64,000 bases of DNA from Candidatus Bathyarchaeota archaeon (lineage in GTDB: Archaea > Thermoproteota > Bathyarchaeia > 40CM-2-53-6). Below, piece after piece: positions 10,461-21,949 of this stretch (position 1 is its first letter; the number at the start of each line of letters is the position of its first letter). A program made the translations under genes and the position numbers. Location: contig CAVPLU010000010.1 of assembly GCA_963706285.1 (NCBI GenBank), positions 1 through 64,000 of the forward strand, given 5' to 3'. The notes under the pieces were generated by a model, which saw only the letters and a list, made by a program, of their open reading frames with translations, was not told where the DNA came from and did no database searches.

Positions 10461-10974
10461 GGTTTCAAACCCAGCCAGGATGCGGAGTATGACCGCATTT
10501 ATGACTTGCTCAATCTCCCAACTGAGTGCGGAGTCAATGATTTGCCGGACAGTCGGCTAAGGTATACTTGGGCTGATGCCCAACTGCCCTCGTATGATGA
10601 GAGAATCAAAGTGTAACACACTGCGTGTTACACCTAGTTTTGGGCGATTTGACCCATTAACTGGGCCTTGGAGGACCTGACGTGAGGAAGGCACCCAGTC
10701 ATACCTCGACCCAGCCGCGAACCAACAGATCGCGAGTCAACTCCATGTCAACATGTTTAGCCAGTCGTTTTGCACATCCCAGTCAGATTGTGGGCACGTC
10801 ACGTGCAACTCGTCTATGACACATGGTGCGCCGCGGAGTGATTCTATACGTTTGATGACGTGCACCAAGAGGCCCGACGATGAAAACACGTAATATTCTG
10901 GCTTTTCGGATCTTCATGCCCGCATCTGCAGCAACTGCTATCTACAAGAATTGGTGCACACGCCTGTGATAGTA

Positions 10975-11736
10975 ATGCCCTACTGTTCCTCGTGTGGATA
11001 TGCAGTGCAGCCGGACGCAAGCTTCTGTGAGAACTGCGGTGTCTCGCTTGCAGCATCCAGCGAATCACAGCGGCAAGTTGTGACGCCACCGCTTCCACCT
11101 CGGACTGAGTATGCAGCTGAACGAGGCGCAATGTCGAACGACGAGGCAGTTGTCGACATGATAGGCGGCCTCAGAAGACAAGTATCGCTTGTCAGAACGG
11201 ATAGCTGCGTTATGGTAGTTACGAACCGGCGAATGATCATTGCACAACTAACTAGCCAGGCGATGACTGATATGGCGATGCAGGCCCGCGAACGTGCGAA
11301 GGCGGAGGGAAAGGGCTTCTTTGGGCAGTGGGCGGAGCAGTTGAAGGGAACATTCAGTTATGCTGAGAAGTACAGGAGCATGGAACCTTCGGCAATTATG
11401 GCGGAGACCCCCGGAAATTTCGCCTTGGAAAACAACGATATCGCACAGATCAAGATAAACTACAAACCTATGCATTCGGGGGGCCAGCATCAGCCTGGCG
11501 AATTTGAAATCATAGTCGATTCTGCATCTGGCAAGTTCAACTTTAAGACACATGAAAACGACGACTGCATAAGAATACTCAAGCAGTCTTACGGAGATAG
11601 AGTGAAGCCTCCTTTCAGGTTACTTCTCATCGCATGGTGTGAACGTGAGAATAGGAATCTGAACCCTCAATTCCATGTACGCCATTCCAGTGCGCGACGA
11701 AAACACGCCCTTTCAATGTGGAACTCTGAACGATGA
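10975..11736 (+). CDS. Zinc-ribbon domain protein with PH-like C-terminal domain (C-terminus possibly frameshifted)
   Basis: YCSSCG...FCENCG, Pro-rich linker, MVVTNRRMII. Confidence 0.7.
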   Translation: MPYCSSCGYAVQPDASFCENCGVSLAASSESQRQVVTPPLPPRTEYAAERGAMSNDEAVVDMIGGLRRQVSLVRTDSCVMVVTNRRMIIAQLTSQAMTDMAMQARERAKAEGKGFFGQWAEQLKGTFSYAEKYRSMEPSAIMAETPGNFALENNDIAQIKINYKPMHSGGQHQPGEFEIIVDSASGKFNFKTHENDDCIRILKQSYGDRVKPPFRLLLIAWCERENRNLNPQFHVRHSSARRKHALSMWNSER

Positions 11737-11867
11737 ACCAACCTGTCGGCGGCTTCATGGAACCTGTGAACAGCGTCGGAATAGCAGCACCATACTTGGC
11801 ACTATTCGGACTCATCGCAGTCGTCGCAATCATTGTCGTGAAACCGTGGAAGAAACGCGAGACCTGA
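11733..11867 (+). pseudogene. Orphan C-terminal sorting/anchor tail (44 aa)
   Basis: MNQPVGGFMEPVNSVGIAAPYLALFGLIAVVAIIVVKPWKKRET: motif, TM helix and basic tail, with no upstream ectodomain. Confidence 0.5.
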
Positions 11868-12109
11868 AAACCCATCAGGCTGTTTTCTCGCAATCCAATC
11901 ACTGCCAGTTCGGGACTGGTGTCCGGCACGTGTTGTGGGTTGTTCTCATTTGTACAGTGGTTCTCCATATTGGGGCTGGAATCTAGTGGTGCGGGGATCC
12001 ATAGGAACCGAGTTGTTTTGGATTAGTCTAGAAATGCGAACAGGTCAAGCACTAGTTGCTATCCGTGAATCGTCAGCTAACACGAATCCTTCTAATCCAG
12101 CGTGTCTAT

Positions 12110-12160
12110 CCGATACGTTTTTGTATCGGTGATATCGAAGCCGATATCCAAGCGTATCGG
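12110..12160. promoter_or_regulatory. Twin operator-like inverted repeats CCGATAY-N6-GTATCGG upstream of the Fic gene
   Basis: CCGATAC-gttttt-GTATCGG (12110-12129) and CCGATAT-ccaagc-GTATCGG (12141-12160), 31-bp period, ending 9 bp before the GTG. Confidence 0.65.
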
Positions 12161-12169
12161 GTGGATTGA

Positions 12170-13090
12170 GTGAACTATCTAGACAGTAGGGTGCACGACA
12201 GAATCTTGGAGAAGAAAAGAAGACTGGATGCTCACCGTCCACTGACCTCGTCAACGGTACGCAAGGTTCAGCGAGAGATGGAGGTCGAATACATCTTCAA
12301 CTCCAATGCCATTGAAGGCAACACCATCAAACTAAGGGAAACACAACTCATCCTAGAACGAGGCTTGACTATTCAAGGAAAGAGTCTTCGAGAACACTTG
12401 GAGGTCAGGAACCATCCCCGCGCCATGAAGTTCTTGGAAAAGATGACAAGACGTGTCTTGAGGGAGCAGGACATCCTGGTCCTTCATCAGATGATCATGA
12501 AGGGGATTGATGACGAGGCAGGAAGATTTCGCACCACAGAGGTTAGGGTAGCGGGAGCTATCTTCATACCTCCACCAGTTTACGAGATTCCGCGTCTCAT
12601 CGAAGAGCTAATTGACTGGTACAACCGAGATCCTGACGAGTTACGACCAATAGAACTAGCCGCAATCCTGCATCATCGATTCGTCTGGATTCACCCTTTC
12701 CACGACGGAAATGGCAGAGTTGCGAGATTGCTCATGAACTTGGAGTTGATAAGAAGTGGCTATCCGATTGCAGTGATATTGAACGTGGACAGAAGCAAGT
12801 ATTACGAGACTCTGAAAAAAGCCGACAATGGAGACCCTACGTCTCACATCAATTTTGTTGCCTCGGCAGTTGAGCGTTCTCTAGATCTCTACCTGAGGGC
12901 TTTGGAGCCGACCGAAAAACAGGACAGACTGCTGTCTCTTAGAGAAGCTGCGAAGATGACTCCGTATTCTCAGGAGTATCTCAGTCTTCTGGCTCGAAAG
13001 AGACGAATTGCGGCGGTGAAAGTGGGCAGAACTTGGATGATAACAGAGAGAGAACTACGTCGATATCTGAAAGGAATAGAACGAAGTTGA
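12170..13090 (+). CDS. Fic family AMPylase with C-terminal HTH DNA-binding domain
   Basis: HPFHDGNGRVAR catalytic loop, SNAIEGN inhibitory helix, C-terminal LSLREAAK...YLSLLARK...KVGRTW excisionase-like HTH. Confidence 0.92.
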   Translation: MNYLDSRVHDRILEKKRRLDAHRPLTSSTVRKVQREMEVEYIFNSNAIEGNTIKLRETQLILERGLTIQGKSLREHLEVRNHPRAMKFLEKMTRRVLREQDILVLHQMIMKGIDDEAGRFRTTEVRVAGAIFIPPPVYEIPRLIEELIDWYNRDPDELRPIELAAILHHRFVWIHPFHDGNGRVARLLMNLELIRSGYPIAVILNVDRSKYYETLKKADNGDPTSHINFVASAVERSLDLYLRALEPTEKQDRLLSLREAAKMTPYSQEYLSLLARKRRIAAVKVGRTWMITERELRRYLKGIERS

Positions 13091-13521
13091 TTTCGTCACT
13101 GACAGTCAGATAAGATCGAGCCACCTGCAAATCCGGGGTTCGTCGGGAAGCACCGGGGGTGAGCGCATACCTGAAGGTCAAGCGTTCTTCTGATGCCTCC
13201 TGACGGGCATCTTGGGTGTGAGTCAACGTACCGAGATGGTCTGAACAAGCCAGTTCACGACTTGTCGATTCATCTGTGTCCTTGGGTCATCGATTCCGAC
13301 TTGCCTAACGACAGAGTAACAGCAAGTGGAGGGCGACGAATTGTGTGCATGAGCCTTGTTCGGTCGCATTGTCGAGATTGCGAGCGGAGGTTCTGCTGTT
13401 TCCCTGCAATGCAGCCACTGGCGGTTTGCGATTGGTGTCATGATGATTATTGGTGATGGTGTCTTGGGCACGCTTGTGGGTTCTGAGTTTTCTTCTCAGG
13501 TTCGCGTCTTGGCGGGTTCTG

Positions 13522-13659
13522 CGAATATTGCAGCTCATTATGAAATCCGGGGTGGGCGATTGACATGAAAATGGCAATTCTAGGCTATCAATGCAACACC
13601 AAGGACCACAAAGAACGAACGATTACTTTGTGCTCGCGGTCCATATCGCCAGAATATGT
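13522..13659 (+). repeat. Dispersed ~140-bp non-coding direct repeat, copy 1
   Basis: Shares blocks CGAATATTG, TGAAATCC, GGCGATTGACATGAAAATGRCAATTCTAGGCTAT, GCAACACC, TTTGTGCT and CCATATCGCCAGAATATGT with 18874-19016. Confidence 0.85.
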
Positions 13660-13938
13660 TGTGGTTTTGAGGTCCAAACAATGGGAGATCAACGACTAGG
13701 CGTACTTTGATCCTGTCGTCAAGTTCAGCGTGCGACCACGCTGGTGTCCTGTAAGAGCCTGCTTGGTCTCAGACATCATGCGCTTGAGTAATTTGCACGT
13801 GGTGCTGTGGTGCTGTTGACAAATCGGTGTATCAAATCAATTAATGCTAATTGCCAGTAATCTGGCTCCAAGTAGGTTTCCGCGGCAGTCTAGCCTCGGT
13901 TGGGTTGACGCGGACGAAGATGATGTGGAGTGTCCATA

Positions 13939-14106
13939 TTGCCAGGTAGACCAGGAAGGCCACGTCGACGGGTGGCTAACGTAACCGTCAGCCTACCCCT
14001 GACGATCCTAGACAAACTGGACGACTTGATCGAGAAAGAAAAGGTAAGCTCGCGCTCGCAAGCAGTCCGCGAAGCATTGGAGAGGTTCCTGAAATCCGCC
14101 GAATAG
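13939..14106 (+). CDS. Small ribbon-helix-helix (CopG/NikR-N-like) regulator, 55 aa, absent from the ORF track
   Basis: MPGRPGRPRRRVANVTVSLPLTILDKLDDLIEKEKVSSRSQAVREALERFLKSAE; GGAG SD-like sequence upstream. Confidence 0.8.
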   Translation: MPGRPGRPRRRVANVTVSLPLTILDKLDDLIEKEKVSSRSQAVREALERFLKSAE

Positions 14107-14152
14107 TCAAATGATGATCATAAGAAAAGAAAGTAATGATGAATGATAGTAG

Positions 14153-16424
14153 GTGTTTGATGAAATGATGAAACGAAACCTAAGATTTGCTGTTTTCGCA
14201 ATTAGTATGGTCGCGTTAATGGTTACTATGTCGTTGCTGCCGGCGTCCGCGCAACTTTCACAATGGCGCTCCCTGAACCCCACACGAGATGGCACTACAG
14301 ATCGGACAGCACCGGCTCCATATCTGTACGGCGTTCAGATGCTCACAACAAGTTACGGCTGGGCTGTAGGCGGCACATGTGACATATTCACGGCCGCCGG
14401 AACATGTCCTGGAAATGGGTTTGCGCTGTTTTGGGATGGCGCTAGGTGGAGACAGACCCTGGTTCCCGCAGGCGCAGGCACTCTAACATCAGTTTTCATT
14501 GTTGGCGCCAACGACGTTTGGGCAGTTGGCATGGGCGCGACGATTATCCACTGGGATGGAATCTCATGGACGGCCGCCGTAGTCCCTGCCGGGACAACTG
14601 ATCTGTTCTCAGTCTTCATCATGCCTAGCGGGTTGGACGGATGGGCCGTCGGCCGCGGTGCCACTGCTAACATTCTAAGATGGTCCGGAGCATGGCCAAC
14701 GGGCGCTTGGTCCGTTTTCACATCTCCCGCTGTTGCAAAGGATCTTCGCGGTGTCTTTCTGATCTCGTCAACGAACGGGTGGGCCGTGGGCACTCTTGGA
14801 ACACTATTTCACTGGGATGGCGCTGGTTGGATGGACTTGTCAGGGGGTTCACCCACATCCAACAACTTGTACTCAGTCTTCATGGTAAGCACGACGGACG
14901 CGTGGGCGGTAGGCGCATCGAGCACGATAATCCGTTGGAACGGTGCTTCGTGGACTGGGCCGATGGTTGCTCCAACAATCACTATCGACTATCGGTCTAT
15001 CTATATGGTTAACGCGGCGGAAGGATGGATCGCTGGTCAAGTGGAGCCCGTAACTAAAGAAGGGTTACTGCTTCGCTGGAACGGCGTTTCATGGGCAATT
15101 GTCCGAAGCTATGTGACTGTCGGATTGAATGATGTCTTCATGCTGCCAGGCGGCACCGTGGGTACCGCAGTCGGCGACGCGGAGACGATAGTTCGGTGGA
15201 ATGGCTCCAAATGGTTCGCCCAGACCAGCCCAACCGCTACGGATCTCAATGCGGTTAACCTGGTGGCCAGCAACGATGGATGGGCTGTCGGTAACGACGG
15301 AACCATATTCAGGTATGATGGAGTCTCATGGGCTCACTATGAGACACTTCCAAGCGGCGTGAATCTCTACGGGCTCGACTTGAACGCCAGCAATTATGGC
15401 TGGGCCGTAGGAGACTCGCTCCCCTCGACCAGCCCCTCCGGTGGTTTTCCGCCTACAATTCTGCGCTGGAACGGCGCGGCTTGGACTGTAGTTACACCGA
15501 GCGGTGTGGCACTAGGACGGAGACTTAACGCGGTTGATATTCTCAGCATGAGCGAAAGCTGGGCTGTTGGTAGCGGCAGCGTTACGATTCCAGCTGCGAC
15601 GCTAAAATGGGATGGTACAATATGGACATCGGTGCCCAGCGGCACTCCAGCGGGTTCATCGCTTTTCGGTGTAGAAATGCTAAGCCCGACGGACGGCTGG
15701 GCTGTGGGTTGCACAGACCCACTGGCTGTCTCTCAGACGCCAATCATCATACGCTGGAATGGGTTAGCCTGGAGCGCGGTTACCACGTCCCATTGGAATC
15801 CATGGGCTCAGGAGTATCTTCATGCTTAGTCCAACGAATGGTTGGGCGGTCGGCTTCGCTCCAACAGCGGGTGGACAGGCAACAATAGTTCACTGGGATG
15901 GCTCTCAGTGGACAAGCGTCCCCGGACCGATTGTTGGTGCCGGCGGATACCTGAGTTCAATCCACATGGTCAGCCCCACCGACGGATGGGCGGTCGGATT
16001 CGATGCGGGTGCCGCCAGAAGCCTCATTGTACACTGGGATGGCATAACCTGGAACGTGGTTTCAACTTTGCCTCTCCCGCCGACCTTGGCGGTTTCCCTG
16101 AACTCAGTGTTCATGGTTAACTCGCTGGACGGATGGATAGTCAGCAATCAAGGTTTGATCCTTCACTACGGCCCCGAGAGTGTCCCCGGCACAACAACCT
16201 CAACTACAATAACTACGACAACATCAACATCGACTGTTACTGGTTCAACGACTACTATCACTGGAACGTCAACCACAATTGTCACTTGCATTTCTTGCAC
16301 TGGGACGAGTACAACATCGACGGGTCCAGGTGCGATTCCAGGCTTCCCAGTTGAATCCATCCTTGCAGGACTGTTGGGCGGCCTAATTGCGCTGACAGTG
16401 ATTCGACGCAGGCGAAGACTCTAA
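14153..16424 (+). CDS. Secreted beta-propeller-like repeat protein with Thr-rich linker and PGF-CTERM-like anchor (frameshift near 15790)
   Basis: Signal peptide, many GWAVG...I(I/L)(H/R)W(D/N)G..W repeats, Thr-rich stalk, IPGFPVES + TM + RRRRR tail. Confidence 0.85.
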
Positions 16425-16692
16425 CTGTCGTTGACTCCCGACGGTTCCGACTGTTAGCAGCCTCCGCTCTCCCAATCTTTTTCGTTCTTCTACTGTTTCC
16501 TTCTGGTATCCTAGAATCGTAACTTCCCAGGTCTGGCTTAGGCATCCTTTCCAGGCGATCTCATGTGCAGATATCGTACAGTCAACTGCGACTAAGCAAG
16601 CCTCCTGCCTGGACGATGTCGCCGAGAGCAAGTAGGTTCTCAGTATTCTTCTTGCTCGAGGTGCGGCTACGACTTGGCTTGCATCAACTGAT

Positions 16693-18708
16693 TTGGAGAC
16701 AATTCTATTAGACCAGAGCAGTCCGTCCATGACTAGACACATGTCACCGACGAAGAAGCAAGTCTTGAGTAGTCCTTCGGGTCTCTACGGTACAGCCCGA
16801 TACGGTAGTCTCATCGCCGCGGGCGCCTGCACCTTCCTAGGTCTCGCACTCCTAATGCCAATAGTTGGCGTAACTTGGCACTCTAACGATGAATACCTCA
16901 GGCTCGACACGTACGTCTTCTCACCGTTCGCAGATCTCGTGATTTGGGTTATCGCGTTCGCGTTCTCAGCATTTCCATTCTACGCTTCAGTGAAGAGAGA
17001 TCGAAGCACACTGCATGATCCTCTTCTGTTGTTCTCGAATCTCGTACTGCCGCTAGCTTCGATTGTGATGAGTCTTTGGTCATTCAAGGTAGCGGTCGCC
17101 GGATTGACGATTTCAGGCTTCATAGTCGCTTACGGGCTCGCGAGAAAATCCCCCAGCTTACTTCGAATTGCCAGCAGAGACGCTTTCCGAATTGTGGCAA
17201 CTGTGACTCTGACCTGCCTCGCAGCACTTTCAGCAATCTCAATCTTCGGGATGGCTACTGGAGGCGAGAAGACGCTACGGGTTCTGAGCACCGCTGCAAC
17301 ACTCAGCAAGGAGACTCTGTCCAATCCGTGGCTGCGTGCCATGACACTCGATCTAGAGTTCTTCTTCTTCCTTCGCCCAGCATTGCCTCTGCTGATCGTC
17401 ATCCTCGTCTTTGTCGCAGTCCTGGCAGTCCTATCGGACACTGTGGTTGATCCTGTCAAGTTGATCAGGAATCGACTCAACAGATCGCGAGGATTGATGA
17501 GCGCCAATCGACCGCATAACGAGAGAAGTTCATCGCACAATCGTTCAGTTTCCGTTCTCCTAGTTGTCGGGTCTGTGCTTGTTGGCGCATATGTGACTCT
17601 CTACCCGTATCTATTCGGGCGAGTTGAGCGGCATGCTTGGGAGCGATACTTGGTACTACCTGGCAATGCTGAGGGATTCCCGGGAACCATTTGCAGTTGC
17701 GATTAGCAGTGACCGCCCACTATTCGTGCTCTTCATTCTTGGATTGAAATATTTGACAGGTGCGAGCGCCCTTTCTGTGGCGATATGCACTCCTTTGATT
17801 CTCTCGGTTCTACTCTCATTGAGCAGCTACGTGCTGGTTAGGCAGGGCACCAAAGACACGGTATTCGCATCTGTGGCTGCATTGTTCTCAGTCGTGTCAA
17901 GCCAAACAGCAATTGGTCTTGGCGCAGCAATATTCGCAAACTGGTTTGCGTTGGCTGTAGCCAATTTCTTCTTTGCGCTTCTTCTGCGGGCACAGATGAA
18001 TAAATCAGTCTACCGCAACAGTTCTGGCATCTGTGGTTTCTCTTCTCGTTCTGCTCGCTCATCCCTACGTCTGGGCTGCAAGCATGACGATGATCGCTAT
18101 TCAAGGTCTAGGAACTTTGCTTGCCGCCCGCTCTAGGCCAACTGATTTCAGACAAAGCATGATTCCACTGATCTCCATTGTTCTTCTGAATGCGTTGTTC
18201 TTGTCTCTCGTCTCAACACAATTTGCTTCAGTGCGTGGTTCTCTTGATTATGGAGTATCGGTGGTTGTATCCGCGGTCAAAGCGACCAACGTAACGAACC
18301 CTGATCACAGTCTTAGAAAGCACAGTTGACTACGCAAGGAATAGGCTAGACGCAACTGTCATGATTGTGCTCTCGATAATAGGCATCGCTGACATGTCTC
18401 TTCTACCCAGACCTTTCAGGCGGATTCTGGGAAGCATGATGATTGTTCCCGTGATCTTCACACTGCTTGCGCCGGATATTATTTGGACCTGGAGAGGCCT
18501 GTACTTGCTTCCCACCTATCTGGGGGCTACTCTGGGAGTTCGAAGCATCATAACGAGGGCGGACAGTGCAGTCGCTAGGTCCAACCTACAATCCACGCTG
18601 AGCTTCGCATTCTCATCTTCGCTGCTAGGCTACGTCTTTCTCTCATCACTGGCATGGACTCTTCGCGCGACATTACTGCTCATAGAAACGAGCGTAGTTG
18701 CGGGATGA
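16693..18708 (+). CDS. Large polytopic membrane protein, possibly GT-C-fold glycosyltransferase-like (split by several frameshifts)
   Basis: Consecutive hydrophobic ORFs 16693-17706, 17624-18136, 18033-18329 and 18361-18708; GSDTWYY and DRPLF loops. Confidence 0.55.
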
Positions 18709-18873
18709 TGCTCTCGTTCCCGACCTCGTCAAGATGGTCGGCTCATGGTTGATGTGAGCTCCGCAGAATTCCACGCGTGGAACCCAATGGTGTCCATCAG
18801 CATCATCGAACGACCTCCCCCCATTGCTTCCTAGAACAGAGGCAAGGGCCGTGTAACGCCTCAAGACCTCTTT

Positions 18874-19016
18874 CGAATATTGTAGCCTGTTTTGAAATCC
18901 TAGCATGGCGATTGACATGAAAATGACAATTCTAGGCTATTTCAACGCAACACCGAGGATCTCTGAAAGGAACGATCGATTAATTTGTGCTTACGGCCCA
19001 TATCGCCAGAATATGT
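18874..19016 (+). repeat. Dispersed ~140-bp non-coding direct repeat, copy 2, directly upstream of TATA-like ACATTAAATAT
   Basis: Homologous to 13522-13659. Confidence 0.85.
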
Positions 19017-19064
19017 AACATTAAATATCGCTGGCCCACGACATCAATACCGTGTGTCTCCAAG

Positions 19065-21769
19065 TTGACTACCCGCAGTTCTAGCTCCCTATTCGTTGTG
19101 CTGTTGCTTACTTCAGCACTCTTTGTCTCAATTTCATTCGTGGCAACCCCACCAGTAACCGGGGCGCAGGACGTTAGCATTCACTCCGAGCACTGGCAGT
19201 GGCGGTGACACGATCAGCTTCACCGGAAGCGGTTTCACCAGCTGACCTGTACCACGACTTGCACCCTCACCGGAGGTACTGTGCCGCACCACCCCCTCAG
19301 GTGCTGGTGTCGTCACCAATCTCGTCTACACCATATCGTGTCGGGAGGGACAGTCAATGGGTCATTCAAGGTTGGAGGAGCAGGTGTCCCCGCCCAAACG
19401 GCAACACTGACACTTACATGTACCTCCAGGAGGTGTCGGCCAACAGTAACTTCAGTGTCGTTCCACAGATCTCACACACACTCACGCCTAACCCAGCGCG
19501 TGTCGGAAGACACAGTTAGCGTAACCGGCACCAATTTCGCTGCCGCGGGCGCTGTACCATAACCGGTAGCAGCAGTTACAGCTCGCCCAATGGCTAGTAG
19601 CCGTGTGCGTTGCAGCAGACTTCACTTTGACCGCGCTGCACAATTCGTCGTTCCTGTAACGTTCGCAGGTCTCAGCTGACACTATTACTGTAACCGACTC
19701 CACGGCTAGCTTCTGCGAGCGCGACTCTGAACATAATTCCACACGTGGTCACCCTGACTCCGTCTTCATGGACCCATCGGCGCCAGTCATAGCGGTCTCT
19801 GGAACAGGCTTCGCCTATGACCGACACAACCTGCGCAATCACTCCGCGACCCGCCGTGACAGCGGTTTCACCCTGCGCCATCTGGGCGGGACCGTGACAG
19901 GATCATTTACTGTCGCCGCTGCTGCTCCTTCCGGCCCATACTCCCGTGACTGTTACGGGAAAGCCTAGGTACTGACGTTGGAATCGCAACTTTCACCGTT
20001 ACAGCAAAAATCGATTTGTTTCCGACTGTTGGACTTGTAGGGACAAACGTTCTTATCACAGGCTCAGGCTTCAACCTGGCCGATACTGGATGTGCAATCT
20101 CCTCAACGCCGAGCGGTCTCATCTCAAGTCCGCTATGTAATTTGTTGGTTAGCGCTGGTACCATGTCAGGGTCCTTCGTTGTGGCGAGCGGCGCAAGCGG
20201 CCCATACACGGTCACGGTCACAGGGACCCTAGGGGACACCGCGTCAGCATCGTTTACTGTTCCTACGGTGGCTACATTGGTCCTCAATCCAGTCTTAGGC
20301 CAAGTTGGGACTACAGTAGCCGCGACGGGCACGGGATATTTGGGTACCACATGTACTCTATTGGCTACGCCCGCGAATCTTTTCGCTTCGCACTCATGCT
20401 CAATCGCGGCAGGCGTTCTCACTGGGAGTTTCATTGTTGCGCCAAGTGCCGCTCCAGGCACAACCTACACGGTGAAGTCTCAGACAAACGGTGGTGTAGG
20501 CGATTCTGCGACGGCTAACTTTGCCGTGATATCTGGATCAGTCAACATTCTCAATCTGACTCCGTCGTCGGGTCCAATGGGAACGTTGGTTACCGGCTCG
20601 GCCTCAGGCTTCCCATCCGATACGACCTGTTCAATCATTTCCGCTCCCCAGAGTATCACCTCTTCACCGTCCTGTGTCGTTTCAGGAGGTGTCGTGTCAG
20701 TTGGATTCACTGCAGCGTGCACGTCTCCCTCGTGCGGTGCCGGTATAGGGAGCTATACGATTCTGGCAATCGGTAACACTGGATCATCTGCCAGTGGCAT
20801 CTTCACAGTCACTGGCACACCTGTCTTCAGCCTCTCAGCTAACCCAAGCAGTCTTGTGCTTAGTCCAGGCGGGACTGCAACGATCACTGTAACCGTTTTG
20901 GCAAGCTGGCGGTTTCAACTCGCCCGTTACTCTTTCAGCTATACTGCCATCAGGTATCACAGGAGGATTCAGTCCTAACCCTGTCACACCACCATGGAAG
21001 TACTACCTCCTCGCTCTCTATAGCTGTCTCAAGCGCTACGCCCTCGACTACAACTTCGATTCCAGTTACCGGAACGTCGGAGGTGGACTCACTGCCACAA
21101 CATCGGTATCGATTGTCATCCAGACTTTTGTAACATCCACGGCGACTTCGACTTCGGTTACAACTTTGAACACGGTGACTTTGCCTTTTCAGCCGCCCAA
21201 GTGCATTATTGCAACTGCAACATTCGGCTCAGAGGCTGCGCCGCAGGTGCAGTTCCTGCGCAATTTCAGGGACGGACTTGTCCTTTCCACAAGGGCGGGT
21301 TCAGCGTTCATGGCGGTCTTCAATGCTTGGTACTACTCATTCAGCCCAACTGTAGCTCAGTTCATCGCAAGCAACGATCCGATTCGTGCACCGATCAGAG
21401 TGTTCTTGTATCCGTCTGCTAGGAATCCTCAGCCTAAGCTCCGCGGTCTTCTCACTGTTCAGCTCTGCGCCGGAGTTTGCTGTCGTGATGACAGGATTCG
21501 TGGCTAGTTCGTTGATAGGTCTCGTCTACTTGACAGTGCCCGCGATCGCCGGTTTCAGCACTTTGGCAAAGAGAAGAAAGATCCGAATCACCAGCATAGC
21601 AAAGACTTCATTGGCACTATTGGCGGTCTCGATGGCATTGCTTGCTGCAGGTGAGCTTGCAGGTTCATTCCTGCTACTTGCTGTGGCAGGCTCGGCAATC
21701 GTCCTCACATGCCTCGTCACGGTACCATCAGTCGCCGCTTTGGCCATACTCAGGCGCAACCGAAAGTAG
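19065..21769 (+). CDS. Large surface protein with Cys-paired Ig-like repeats and CFI-box-CTERM-like domain (multiple frameshifts; start approximate)
   Basis: Signal peptide; repeats (L.P..G..GT.V...G.GF....C...C...G.F.V); C-terminal KCIIATATFGSE...LRNFRD...FNAWYYSFSP followed by TM helices. Confidence 0.8.
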
Positions 21770-21949
21770 CCTCGCAGTCGAGCTGGCTACTCTTCGTCCC
21801 TTTTCTCTATTCGATCGATTTCTAGCCGGAGGCTCGCATAGATTTCGAGATAGCTCACGGTCTTCGAACTATACAAATGATCAACGTTCGTGAAAGAATA
21901 GTCGCCTTGAATTCCGAGGCGAGACTTGTTGGCGGGGTTGGATATCTGG

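Noticed and set aside
11987-12009. Further tRNA-end-like sites: TGGTGCGGGGATCCATAGGAACC here, and TGGTGCG starts near 10824, 27128 and 48363
   Set aside because: Matches are short or lack the TTTGAACC half at the correct spacing, so chance cannot be excluded. Worth including in a motif scan.
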